Below, in pieces: positions 38,569-52,800 of a stretch of 64,000 bases of DNA. The position numbers and the translations under genes were made by a program. How positions within the stretch are numbered: the stretch's first letter is position 1; the number at the start of each line of letters is the position of its first letter. Source of the DNA: Euprymna scolopes (Eukaryota); NCBI GenBank assembly GCA_053919585.1, contig CM132792.1; one strand, 5' to 3'. The notes below the pieces were generated by a model that made no database searches, had not been told where the DNA came from, and saw nothing but the letters and a program-made list of their open reading frames with translations.

Positions 38569-41500
38569 AAATCAAATATGAGACATTTTATCAAAGAAAA
38601 ACTTCCCACCATCTTGTTTTTGAATGATACACTGCTAGCGACACCTATTGTTTATTAAGAAATGTTAGTTTAAAGAAAGTGGGGTATCACTTTTCTATAA
38701 TTTAACGTATAATAATCAGACTTTATGACCACCGCTAGTGTAAAACTTGAATTTACGCCGCTGAAATACATATTTGCCGAATTTTTGTTGGAGGAGCGTC
38801 AATGTGTGGGTGCTCAATTTACGTAAAATTCTTCATATATTGGAAACTACTCATTTGCTGGAATTTTAAACGTTATTTTTGTTTTCAACATCCTCAAAAA
38901 CTTATAAATGTCTTAATTTTCCAAGTTTTTTTTCTATAGTGTGGAAAGTCAATTGTCTGCCCCTTTCTGGTTTTATATTCCCAACATTGCCATTCGCTAG
39001 CAGTGTATCATTCAAAACCAAGATTGTGAGAAGTTTTTCTTCGATAAAATGTCTCATAATATTTGATTTTCTTAAATAAAAATAAAAAAAAAAACTACTT
39101 GATCGATTTACGTGATTTTTGGAATAGGACTTTTTATGCAGTGACAAGTACGTACATTATAAAGATAACATTTAACAAAGGGACACAACTCTTTGTTGGC
39201 AATAAAAGTTATACAAACCATTCTATGTATAGTTTAGGATAAATATATCATTTACATACTCTAGCATTTTGTACCATTTTATTTTACAAACATTGTATCC
39301 TAGATTATACCAAACACAGATACAACAGTCTCTGTTAATACTATTTTTTTTTTTTTTTGTCTGTTGCTATCATTAATTCTAATTTATATTTAAAGCTGTT
39401 TAAACATGAAATAATTCAGAATAATAAAAAATAAAGTAATAAAAAAAAAAAAAATATTAAAATCTGGCTTACATCACGAATGCTTTGATAGAATTATTGA
39501 AATTTTTGTTAAAACTTATTGATATTATTTTATTTTTTTTTTATTTAACTATTTGGACTATTATCCTCATCTTCTAGTCGTTTTCACGACGTTTTGGCCA
39601 ATTTCCTCTGGCCTTTGCTTCGTCAGATTAACCGCGATGGGATAGGAATGTTGAATCCTCAAACTACATCCACAGCAATTGCTGCCTTCAATAGCTGTTA
39701 TCTCACCACGGTTTGGTCAACTAATCCTCCGACCAGCTTTGGGTGGGATCAAAATTGCACCTCTAGGCAATGCTCACCTGGAAGCTTAAGCAACGTTGAG
39801 CCTGGTCAACACCAGATGGATGACCATTTTGGAAGGTTAGGTGCTGTATGTACCGCGCTGAGTTGTAGAAATTTCCAGGTTGGTATTTAGGGGCACATTA
39901 ATTCATCGGGAGAGCCCCCCCCCCCCCCCTCAGTCTGTGTTAAAACTTGCATCTAGGAGAAGGTAACTCTGATGTAAAAATCTGCTGTTTACTGTATACT
40001 CTGTCTTGTGGCAGTCATCTGCACCGACGAATGTTAGCAGTAATATCAAAAAGTGTGGTTGGCGCTACACAAAGCCTTCACCACTATAAACAAATCATCT
40101 GTGTGGATTTCCGAGCAACTTAGTTTTTGTGGCGGAACCACATGTCAAAATTGACGGAGAGTCCATTAATTTTTTTTTTTTTTTTAATATATGATTCAAC
40201 AATTAAACAAGATCACAGACCTATGAAAGCTACAGACTGGAAACCCTAGATTAAGTTTGCACCTTTTAAACGCATCACATAATCTGAACTAGGGATTCTA
40301 AACCAGTTTTGGATTTCTGGTTTGTAGTTAATTAAAATATTAGCAAACAAATATAGCAATAATGTTTTGTTTTACACTAATTTAATATGCAAATGAATTT
40401 TAAAATTAAAATTTTTTTTCATTTTAAATTATATACTTCTGAGGATGTACTATTTGCCACAAGTGATTTTTATTTTTTTTTACCAAATTTTTGTTTGGTA
40501 AAATATTTTATTTTTTTAAAACATTTTAAAATTGTTCATTTACTCTTAGTATAAGATTGATAGGCACAGTACAAACTCCATTTTCTAATTGACATGTTTA
40601 AATATGGAGTTATCTTTTAAACCTCAATCGAATTTTGTTGTAAATTCAGTTGGGGGATAGGTTTTTTTTTTTCCTTAAACCTACCAGACCTGAGCTACTG
40701 AACCTAATTTGCTGCTGTGCCTTGCCTCCTGGCAAAATTGGGAAATAAACTTAAATGCGTTCGTAATTTTTTTGGCTTTTATCTACCGCCAGTATTCAGC
40801 CTTCATGTGCCAAGCCCCCCCACCCCCCTCCAACAGTTGGTGCCCTTGGTGCCCAGGTACTTTCTGCAGTGGGTGCACCAGAACCTTGTCTTCACTTTCT
40901 TTTGGGAGTTCTTTTTATAAGATACTCCAGAATGTTGTCTGTGGTATCTCGGGTGTTTCTCCATACAAACAGCACAGATGTGGTCAGATGAGGTGCCGCG
41001 ATTGGGTAGCTATTTTTAGCTCTCTGGCAACAGAGAGCTAAAAATAGCTACCCAATTGAAAGGATCAAACACTAGTGTCTATAAGTATTAAAAAAAAATA
41101 TATATATATATAACGACCTTTTTACTTTGTATGTATTGAATTTTTATCTTTTTTAGGCGTACTGCTTTAAACGAAGTTTATGCTCATGCTGTTCTTGGTC
41201 AGCATTGCCACGTTGTTCGTTATTACTCTGCATGGGCAGAAGATGACCATATGTACATACAGAATGAATTTTGCAATGGTTTGTAATATTGTTCAATATC
41301 GCCATTTTTAACTTTTCTATTTGAAAATATTAAGTTTTATAGAATATATTTTAATATAAATTTTTAAATATTTCCAATCAATTCAGGTTTGAAGTAGGAT
41401 AATTTACAAAAAACAAATTTTTTTTTTTGTAATGCCATTTTTGAGGTGAGAATATTTTTACATATGATATGTAGTATATGTAATATTTGTACATAATTTT

Positions 41501-41618
41501 TGTGTCTATATATTTATCAGTTTAGTATAGATTAATTAAAGCTATCATGAAACAATTTTATTTCAGGAAGAAAAGATATTAACTGCATTGATTGGTTTTT
41601 CCTAGCTATTTCTGTTAT

Positions 41619-41651
<33 letters not shown>

Positions 41652-41658
41652 AAGACTT

Positions 41659-41689
<31 letters not shown>

Positions 41690-43805
41690 TTTGTTTATTA
41701 CTTGAACTATTGGTCTCACTTTAGGTGTTTATTCTCACGACATTTCAGTTCATTTATCTGGAGATACGTCTGTTCAAATTTCTAAATTCAATGGATTCCA
41801 GAGTTCAAGAAGTTTGGCAATTACGTCGGCTGAAACATTGAGAACAGTAGTTTGAATAATGCAGAAATTAATTTTTTCGTGTTCATTTTTTTTACTTAGA
41901 ACATTTTCATGAAACAACTTTTTGTTTTATAATTGTTCAAACAATTATAACCTTCCCCTTTTTTACCTTTTTTTTTTTTTTTTTTAGGTGGTAGTTTATC
42001 TGAAGCCATGAAAATTCCAGTCTCTGAACATTGTCTAAAACAAATAATTCTTCAGATTGCTAACGGTTTGAAATATATACATTCCAAAGGATTGGTTCAT
42101 CTTGATATAAAACCAGGTAGGTTTTATTTTCTATTTAACTTGAATCGTTTCCGTATCTTTCTCTCCTCATTCTCATTCAATCATAATTTAATGCAGTTGA
42201 CATTTGTTTGAATTATTTTTGTTCTTAAGCCTTTTTATTGCATAGAACTACCAAAATACTCCATGACATTCTAGAAGTAAATTCATCAAATAAAACGGTT
42301 TCACACCATTTTTTAATTTCAAAGATTTATAATGCTACTAAATCTTGTCTAGAATAATCTAATTTTGATCAAAATTGATTAAATTATTTTATTTTTAGAA
42401 AAATGCCTAAATTTTAATGCTTAACGTTTGAGAAAAAATTGAAATACAAGAATTATGATTAATTGAAATTTTTTTTTTTTTTTTTTTTTAGACTAATCAA
42501 AAATACTTGAATTTTAAAGGAGCTTTCAACCAACAAATACTTTAAAAACTAATTGCCTAGCAGCTAAGTTGTAAATTTCATAGAGGTTAATGTATTAGTT
42601 TCAAAGCCCATACACACACACACGGGCGCACACATTTCACAACTGATATAGTTGGGCTCCTTTCGTATATTGTGAATTTTCTGGTAGTAACAGTTAAGTA
42701 AACAATATGCAGATTTAGTTCTAAATTTTAGAATTTTATACTTTTTAGAGGTCATATATTAATATTTGAGCTAGTATCACTGTCATTAGGGATATGTGTG
42801 AGGAAATGCTTATGTATTGTTAGCAGTGGGTCATTTGTTATGGATGACCCTTTTCTTTTTTTTTTTTTTTTTTTAGTTTGCATTGTATATTGTTGGCTGC
42901 AATTATTGGGCATTATAAACGCTTGGGAGGAAGCCAGCTCAAGCAATAGTCCCCTAAATAAAATCCAGATAATTTGGGATAAGATCTCTTGCTAAACATC
43001 TCTCATGAGTGATCCAACTACATCAAATTTTAAAAGCAAACTACATTGCTCACCTAAAAGTCAAATTAAAATGTTTAATTTTATTTGAAATTAATTTCGG
43101 ACTTGTTTGAATATAAATTTGATTCAAACTAAAGCTAATTATCCTTATCTATATGAAATGAAGATTCTCGTTTATTATCTTAATCCCCCCCCCCTCCCGC
43201 AGACAAAAAAGGAATTGGTCCTAGTAATTTACTTTTTTTTGAAATTTTGCACAAACCTTGTCATGGTGAAAGTAAATTTTTCACTCGTGGAGAAGGACCC
43301 GCATGCTTGGCTTGTTTTAAAGAAAAATTATTCTGATTCTTAATGTCGTATAATAATACTAAGAATAAAATTATGAAAAAATAAAAATTTTCTTTTTAAG
43401 GAAATATATTCGTCCATAGAGAAGACTCCTCATCAGCAGAAAGTGGCACAGAATCTTGTGGAGATGACGAGTCTGATGTGATAACTTTAGTTAAATATAA
43501 AATAGGTAAGTACACAAAGTGAGAATATTTTTTTTTTTACTTTAAAAACAAATTACGTACCTATTTAAATTGACATTTTTTTTCTAAATGAAATGAGAGG
43601 ATTGTCTTTTGATGGCAAAAGATAATGTTAGCAGAATCTGAATTCATCACATTACCTGAATTATAATCTATTTTTGTAAAAGCTGATTCATGACCCATCA
43701 GTTCAATGTACATTTGTGTATACATGTGCTTTTAATCGGTCGTGAAATTAAATTGTATTTATTGGTAACTTATGAATATGCATTGTTGAAGAAATTGCAT
43801 GATTC

Positions 43806-43837
<32 letters not shown>

Positions 43838-46800
43838 CCCCATTAACATAAAATATAACATTTTGTATTTTTTGTTCTCCATGACAAAATACGAATATTT
43901 ATTTTGGTTCTTTGTTAGTATGGTATTAAAAATTAGTAACAGAATACAGTACAGTATATAATAAACATGTATATAATCAAATAACATAAATAACACCGTA
44001 AAGTGGGGCAAATACTGTAACCAGGGGCTGGAAAAAAATTGTCTTCCATATCGTAACCGGAAAAAAATCGTATCCTAGGGCTCTATTGTACTTCAGTCAA
44101 TTTTAACTGAAAGCAATATCTATGTCGCAATTAGTTAAATATGACTGAAATATTACAAAGAACGAGTATTTCCATAATTTAATGAAAAAACGATTTTATG
44201 CTGGTAACGTGTGATGTAAGCAAAAGGGAAATAACTTATTTCTCCCGAATTAACCAAAGTTTTTGAAAGTTTTTACAAATTACCTCCCTTGTTCGTATGC
44301 GCGCTATTCAGTTTATTATGTGAGCAAAACTTGCAACTTTCTTCAAGAACTATTTTTTTTAATAATTAATTTTCTACCTTATTGTTTTTCGTAATTTTTG
44401 GATGGATTCATTGCTGCAACATGACAAATAGCTACCATTGGTTTTATTTGAAATTCAATATTTCTATTTTCAAATTTTGCTATTTTCATGAAAAATCTTA
44501 ATCACAAAATTTGCATAATATCAAGGCTAGTTTAATCACTGTTCAAATATTTAATTTTCATTTTAGCTTTAGATGTTTGAAGCTAAAATAAAAATTAAAT
44601 GCTTGTATATTGATTAAACTCATAGCTTTCATGTGTGAATTTTGTGATTAATATACACCCCCTCCTCTCACTACTTCTCATTTAACCCCTTTCTTCCATT
44701 TAAAACACTCAATGTGCATACAATGAAAAACAAAATTATCAGTTATATTAGTTTTTCTATGATTCAATGAAACATGTGCAAGACCCAATAAAATATGAAA
44801 AAAAAAAGTATATATTTGGCTTTGGAATGGTCATTGGCAATAATAGTATGTACGTTTTCATTGAGAATGGTGCCAATTGGAAACCTTTAAAATTTTTAAT
44901 CAAACATTTGTGTGTATGTGTGTATATATATATATATATATAGTAAAACCTTGAAGAAATTGCTCAATACTATTGCAGAGCAAATGTTTTATTTTTTTTT
45001 TTTTGTTACTGTTTTATCTGCTTAGTTACACGTTTCAGTTACCGGATCGCATTATTATTAATACGATTCGGTAATTGAAACAGATAAAACGGTAATAAAA
45101 AAAATAAAACATGTTCACTGCATCTTCACAGATAATTGTCATCTTTTTTTTTTTTTCTACCAAATCTGTCTTGTAGCCAATTATCTGCACACTTCTTCAT
45201 TCGGTATAGGTCTTTTAGTATTATGCTTTGTATATTAATGTTTTTTTATGCCAGCGTGTTATGTTACCAGATATGTAAACACATTAAGAGCAGCAGGGTA
45301 TTCTTCCATTCAACTCTTGGAAGTCAAAATATTTATTTAGCCTTTCATAGAACAAATTTACTATATTAATGCGCTAATGTATACTTTTTGTTGCATCTTT
45401 TTATGCTTTTAAAATCTAAACAACTAAATAACAGTATTTAAAAAAAATTAATCTTTTCCAATTAAAATTATGGGTCCTGCAGAAACCTGTTTGGAATTTA
45501 AATTTTTTTCCATTTCTAAAAGTTAAAATTGAGACAAATTCCATAGTGTACATTTTGTGTGTTTTTTGTAAATATATATGTAAAAAAGTGATAGACAAAA
45601 TATCTATTTCTATATGACTAGCCTGCTGCTCAGTCATAAAATACATTAAGATATACTTCAATTTATGGAGATTTCATGTTTATTATTATAGAGACAATAC
45701 TCTATTGAGAATTATATTTTACCCGATATATAGTAGTGGTTTTAAAAGTTTAACAAAAATGACGTGGGTACTTTTAGCTAGAATTTAAACCAAAATATAG
45801 TGCTCTAGCCATATTCGTTACTGTCTAAGCTAATGACAGGTAGATACCCAAACTTTAAAAAATTAATCAACTTTAACATATAAATGTATATTTGCGCAGG
45901 AGCACTTTAAGTTAACTTTCAGTTTTGATCCCTTAGCTCATATACGGACAGTCGTTTATTCACACACAACTACAGATTATTCATTTTAACTATATCGGAT
46001 TGGAATATTACCAAACTTCATTGGGAATGATTAAAATTCTGAGTATATAAGAATTTTCTTTGTTTCTTGATCTTACCTAAAGACTACATTTCACTCTTGA
46101 ATTACCAATTTCGGTTTGATTTTCATTTTTATAAACATTTTTATAAACATTTTTCATTTTTTTTATTTTTATGCCCACCATCATATAATGCTGTTTCGTA
46201 CAATGCTAAAACCAGCAAATTTTTAGCGTTATATGTATATATTTACTAACATTTCTTTCTGCTGAAAATAAGAATTTGGCATTCTTTGAAACTCCGCGGA
46301 ATAAGGATTAAATATCTTTGCTTGAGATAGTCTGTTGAAAAATAAATCTTGCATGTAAATTTTAATTTATGGCTTTAATTTATGCTTCTTGTATACGTAT
46401 GGGTCTAATATTATATCTCTACATGAGACAATCTCATAAGCAGGGATCAGCCTTTCTCTTAGCAATAATTTATATTCTTTTAAAATTTCAGGTGATCTAG
46501 GTCACGTAACAAAAGTTGTTAGTCCGAAAGTTGAAGAAGGAGATTGTCGTTATCTTCCAAATGAAATTCTTATTGAAGACTTCAGTAATCTTTACAAAGC
46601 TGATATTTTTTCGTTAGGCCTCACAGCCTATGAAATGGTGAGTTTCTTTTCTTTCTGAAATTATATTTCATTTCTTTCTAACATCATTATAATTTATTTT
46701 GTCTTAATGTGGACTGATCACGGTAATCACAAGTAAATGCTTTTTTTTTTCCTATAATTTCCATAACTGTTTTTCTGTGACTATTCTGATGTGCAGAAGG

Positions 46801-49800
46801 ACTTGCATCTGTTGTCATTCTGGATATTTATCACTTGTGCTAATATCCTTGCGAAAGATATAAATCTAGACAATGCCTACAACAGGTCGCTAGGATCTTC
46901 AATGCATGAATATTGTACAACTATTATTAAATAACAATTACCAGAAACATTTGTAACGTGTTAGTAATATCCAGGAATTACTCGACTTGTATCTGTATTA
47001 TTTGGAAGTACACTTAAAATTACTTGTTTTTATGCAAGTCTATAAAGACAAGTAATCTCAATTATAATAAAGTAACCATTATATTTCATTAATGATGAGG
47101 CAAATCAGTTGTAATTAAATTTAAAAAAAAACAAACTTGTTTTAATTAAACAAATTAAGAAAAAAAAAACTTCATAGACTTATGAAACAACAAAATACTT
47201 GCTATCCTCCTGACCTGGTTGAGTTGGCTTTCTTCTGAAAAAGTACAGTTTGTAGACTGCTTTTGCCAGTCTTGAGCCAAATCAAACAATATTGTTATCC
47301 AATTTCATTGTCTTCAAATCTAATTTGTTCCATAAAGTCCACTTTCATTTAGGATGGTGACAATCTTCACATAGCCCCTCATGTAAGTACCCAATGTCTT
47401 TCTAGAAAGAATTCTGATTAGAAAAATATTGTGGAAACCAATGGCAACAAAAAAATCTTTGAATTTCTATGATATGATGATGTTTGTCCAAGATCAATTA
47501 CTTGTGAGCCTCATGGTGCTGTAAGGTCACCTTGGATTCTCAAAGTGAGTTAGTAGCTCTATCGAGCACACAAGTAGTTGATATTCAGCAATGGGATTGA
47601 CAAAGTTTCAAAATATAACCAAAGAAAAAATAGTTGTGGATATACAGAAGCGACATTCACCCGAGGCGAGGTGAATTGGCTTCCTCCAAAGGAAGAAGTT
47701 TTTAGTAAATATCAAATTCACAAGCCATCCTCGGTCGCTTGTATATCCTCGTCAGGGGAGATGACTACATTGTTTTTTGCAACTCTTGCTGGGAGGTGTT
47801 GATGTTGTCCTGTTCTACATACAGTATGTATTCCCAAATGGTCACCTATCTGATACTGACCAGGATCAACATTGCTTAACTTTGGTTATATGATGAGAAT
47901 CAGTTTGTCAATGTGATTGCCATATATAATAGGTATAGTGTCCAGATTACTGGTAATTAGCAATTTTTATGTTTTTATTTTTTTGGGGTGGGGGTGGGGC
48001 TAAAAATCCCAGTATGTGTCCACTCTAGGTCATGGACCTAACTTGCATGGCTGCCAGGTCTCTAAGTATAACTTTAATATGAAACTAGAGAAAACATAAC
48101 CCTTTTCAGAAAGAAGACTCAGAAATAACACAACTTGTTTAATATGAGTTTATCAATTTTACTTTCTTAAGAATCTGCTGCTATAAATAACCCTTTCTGT
48201 TTACAGGTTTTTTTGTTTTTTTTACTCTATTGTAATTATCTAAAAATGCAAATTAAGATTTTCATTATGTCGTATAAACATTTTGTGAAATAACATATTT
48301 GTGCATTGACTGCACAGACTGTGATCAACCACTTGTTGTGCTCGTCAAAATTTGGTGTTCAATTTTGACTCCAATCACAATTTCAATCGTGTGTTTTCAG
48401 TGTTTCAACAAAATGATTCTCTCCAAACAAAACCACAATTCCAGTTGAAAACAAGTTTTATTTCAAAGAATGTTGCAACGATACTATTTATATATTTTTT
48501 TTATACTGAACAGGCCTGTATATTAATTTTATTTTTATTTCTGACTATTATTCTCATCTTTATTAGTTGTTGTTTTTCACGACGTTTCGGACAACTATTC
48601 CTCTGGCCTTCGTCAGGTGGTAACCGTGATGGATAGGAACTTCGAATCTCCTAATTGCATTCTCAGCAATCACTGCCATCCGTAGTTGTTGTCGTCTCAC
48701 CACATTTTGGGCAAGTAAACCTCTCGCACGCTTTGGGTAGGATTGAAACCGCTATCTTCAGACAATATCCATCTGGAGCCGTAAAGATTCAACGTCTTTA
48801 TAAACTGCGCCAGGGGCCCCGAAGGGCAATCGAGGTTGGATTCTTTGATTATATAAATCCACATTTATTTATTATCTGATCTTCCATAGTCGGGTCTGTA
48901 CCGATTGGTATATATATTATTCCTTAATTGGAATTCATTTTTGAGATGAGCATTATATATATTAATTTATTTTTATTTCGGACTGTTATTCTCATCTTTA
49001 TTAGTAATTTTCATCTTTATTGGTTGTTGTTTTTCACGACGTGCCGGCCAACTATTCCTCTGGCCTTCGTCAGGTGGTAACCGCGACAGATAGGAACTTC
49101 GAATCTCCTAACTGCATTCTCAGCAATCACTGCCGTCCGTAAATGTGAAGATAGTGGTTTCAATCCTACCCAAAGTGTGCCAGAGGTTTACTTGGCCAAA
49201 ACGTGGTGAGACGACAACTATGGATGAAACATGTTTATTTTATTACATTTTCATCCCAAACAAGGCACATTGCCACTTTGATGTAGGGGGCTACTATCAG
49301 GGACATAATCTACAGGGGTACTATGTGGGGAGTTGGGCAGCAAGATGTCGGTTCACGTTACACTTGAACTTCTGCATGCCAGTACAGTTGGGGAAGCAGG
49401 AACCCAGAAGGGAATTCCAAAGTCTAGTGGTTCTGGGGAAGAAACTACTGGAATAGAAGGCTCTCTTACATCTAGGGATCTCAACTGTGAAGGGGTGGGA
49501 TTTTGCTGCTTGTCGGGGGGGTTTATGTCGAGGGCGGGGGTACAGGTGCTTGCAGTTCGTCAGAGCATTCATCATTAAAGTACTTGTAGAACAGGCAGAG
49601 GGATGCAACATTTCGTCGATGGGACAGAGGCTGAAGCTTAGATGACAGGTCAGGACTTATCAGGTTGGCGATTCTCTTTTGAACCTTATCTAGGAGTGAG
49701 AGACTAGTAGCAGATGCACCAGCCCTAATATTACAATACTCCATACATGGGCGAATGGTGGCCTTATTGAGGTACAGGATACTTTCGGGTGTTAGTAGCT

Positions 49801-52800
49801 TTCTAGCACGGTAGGGAGAACTTAACTTTTCCGCAGCGGTCTTGGCAATACTCTCAATGTAATTTTTCCAACTCATGTTTCCTGTGAATGTTAGGCTGAG
49901 GAGTTTAAAAGATGTACTTTCAGATAAAGAGTCTTTGGCCATTGCTATTGGTTGTAGAGAAGGTTTCTTGTAATTATTGAAGGAAACAAGTTTAGTCTTG
50001 GCAGCATTGAATATAACCATCCATTTTTGTTCCCATTCCACTACAGATTGGAGGTCATCCTCTAGTGTTTCTGCCATTTCTTTAGATATGTGTTCATTTG
50101 TTTTCCTGTCATGTCTGTTATAGAGCGTGGTGTCGTCTGCATATATACCCATCTCACAGACAATTTTATCAGGGAGGTCATTTATGAATATTAGGAATAA
50201 TAGAGGTCCAAGAATAGACCCCTGAGGCACTCCCGCATTTATATCATATCATTTAAATGTATGATCGAGGACAACCTGAATTTTTCTCTTATCTAAGAAG
50301 GATTTAATTATGTTAAGTATTCTTCCAGTGATACTGTATGATCTGATCTTCTTGAGAAGACCTTCATGCCATACCCTGTCAAAAGCCTTAGATATATCTA
50401 GAGCTATCGCTCTGCCCTCCCCTTCTTTGTCAAGTGAATGGTATATATGTTCAGAGATTACAGTTAGGATGTTTGCCGTAGAACGGGCTTGCCTGAATCC
50501 GTTGTTGGTCGGTCAGAAGTTTAGCATCTGTAAGATGATGGACTAGAGCTTGGTTAATTATGGATTCAAATATTTTGGCGAAAAGTGGGAGGAGACTAAT
50601 GGGTCGGTAATTTACTGGGCCACTTCTTTCGCCAGAATTCTTGAAAACTGGTACCACAGAAGCAGTTTTCCAGCAGGCAGGAAAGCAAGATTAAGGAATT
50701 TGTTGTAAAGTTTGGAGAGAACCGGAGCTACTTCGGCGGAACACCTTTTTAATAGCACAGCCAGGGTGAGATCAGGTCTACATACTTTTGAAGTGCCAAG
50801 ATTTTTTATGATAGCATGCACCTGAGACGGGGTAATTTTCAGATCGTCTAGTGTGGCGCCTGCCCGCAAAGGAAAATCAGGGAGGAGGTGGTTAGCGGGT
50901 CCAGTGTGGAGTTGGAAGCAAACCGACTGGCAAGCATGTTAGCCTTCTCGGTTGCTGAGCAAACAACCTTATGATTGTTGGATAGTGGGGGAATTGTTGA
51001 TTGCCCATTATTTACTACACTGTTGTAGATTTTCCAGAAGTCACGCGTTCCTGATTTCTGTGCTTCGATGCGTTTTTTAGTGGTTTCAGTAAATTCTCTT
51101 AGCTGTCGCTATTTCTTTCTTACAGTAATTTCTGGCTTCAATATACTTCTGTCTGTTTGAACTAGACTTATGTCAGTTAAACCTACGGTACGCATGCTAC
51201 CTTTGCGCGATGGCAGCTGCACAAGTAGAAGTGAGGCTTGCTATAAAATTTCCGCGTGGGAACATGTGCTTCAATTGCTGTTTTTTGCGCAATGTTCAGC
51301 AGGAAGTGAAAAGATATTTCTCCATGGGACATCTCTGAGATCCCTGATGGTTTCCCAGTCAGCCTTTTTATAATATCTCGTTTTGAGCAATGGCTCTTCC
51401 GTTTTGGCTCTAGAGTTTAAGGCAATTTCAACTATTATCACTACATGGTCAACATTCCCAACTCGTAACACAATCTTTGGAAACTGTGGTCAGAAACAGA
51501 TCTAAAAGTGATGCGTGTTGTTCTTGCTGGTCAGGGAAACTGGTGAGAAACGTAACCATCTGTGATAGGGAACGAGATATAGAGAAGCTATGTGTTGTGC
51601 TACCAGCTGCGTCTATGTAAGTAGAAAATCCAAGCCAGTTGTTGTGGTGGACATTGAAGTCATGTATTTAACGCAAAGTTAAATGGAAGATAGATCTTCA
51701 TATCATTCCCAAGAAAAGAATATTAACGAAAATGATGTAATAATCCAGATCAAATGTACCACACTTGATTCTCAATCTGAAAGACATTTTGTATCGTAAA
51801 AGTTAAATGTATTTTTGAAAACAAAGATTTTTTTTTTTTTTTTTCCAAGTAAAGTATTTTTTATTTTTATTTGTTTTAGGGTGGAGGTGGTCCACTGCCT
51901 AAAAATGGTGATCTTTGGCACAGTATCAGAGAAGGAAACTTGGCATTTTTGCCACAATATTCCATTGAACTTAACCAACTTTTAAAGGTGTGAACACTAT
52001 TTTAAGATCATTTTTAAACTGGCTAAATACTTGTGTTTATGAATAGTTTAAAGTTATTAGTTAAAAAATAAAAATGGAATTAAATATTTAAATGTATGAA
52101 TTTACCAGATTATTCTTAATTTTAAATTTAGTAATGTTTAATGGTTCAATTGAATTAAACCCTTTTTTTTTTCTTTTAAATAGTTTAAAATTTTAATATG
52201 TAAATATTAAGATTTGAAATTATTTAAAGTAAAAAAAAAAAAAAAAATGAAAATTGAATTGATTGAATTAAAAGTAAATTTAACCCTGGTTTTAATAGTT
52301 TTTAATCTTTAAAAATGCAAAAATGTCAAAATTTAGACAAATTTCTATCTTTTATAAGACCTACAAATATTTTGATAAACATTTAAACCTATAATTTCAG
52401 TTATTTTCATTTATTAAAAGTTGAATTATTCTTGAATTGTTATTCAAGTTAGTATATAAATAAATTCTCTTCAATTTTGGGCCCTTACCAACTTAAAACG
52501 AATATACTTCTGCATTCATATGCAATCTTCAAAATAAATTTCAAGTGAAATATTAATATATGAAACCAAATTATTTTCATAATGAGCATCAAAAATAATA
52601 AAGTATTAAAAAATAAATTGAAAATAAAACATGTTCTCCAAAAAGGTTGCTCAGGAGCGTATTAATACTGTATCTTTCCTTTTCGATGATCAAACTTTTT
52701 ACCAGAAATGGAAACCATCATTTGACTTTTGGCCAAACTTCCAAGAGTAATGTGCGTTAAATTGGAACAAGAACAGATGCATTTTTAGAAATGCATCCAT

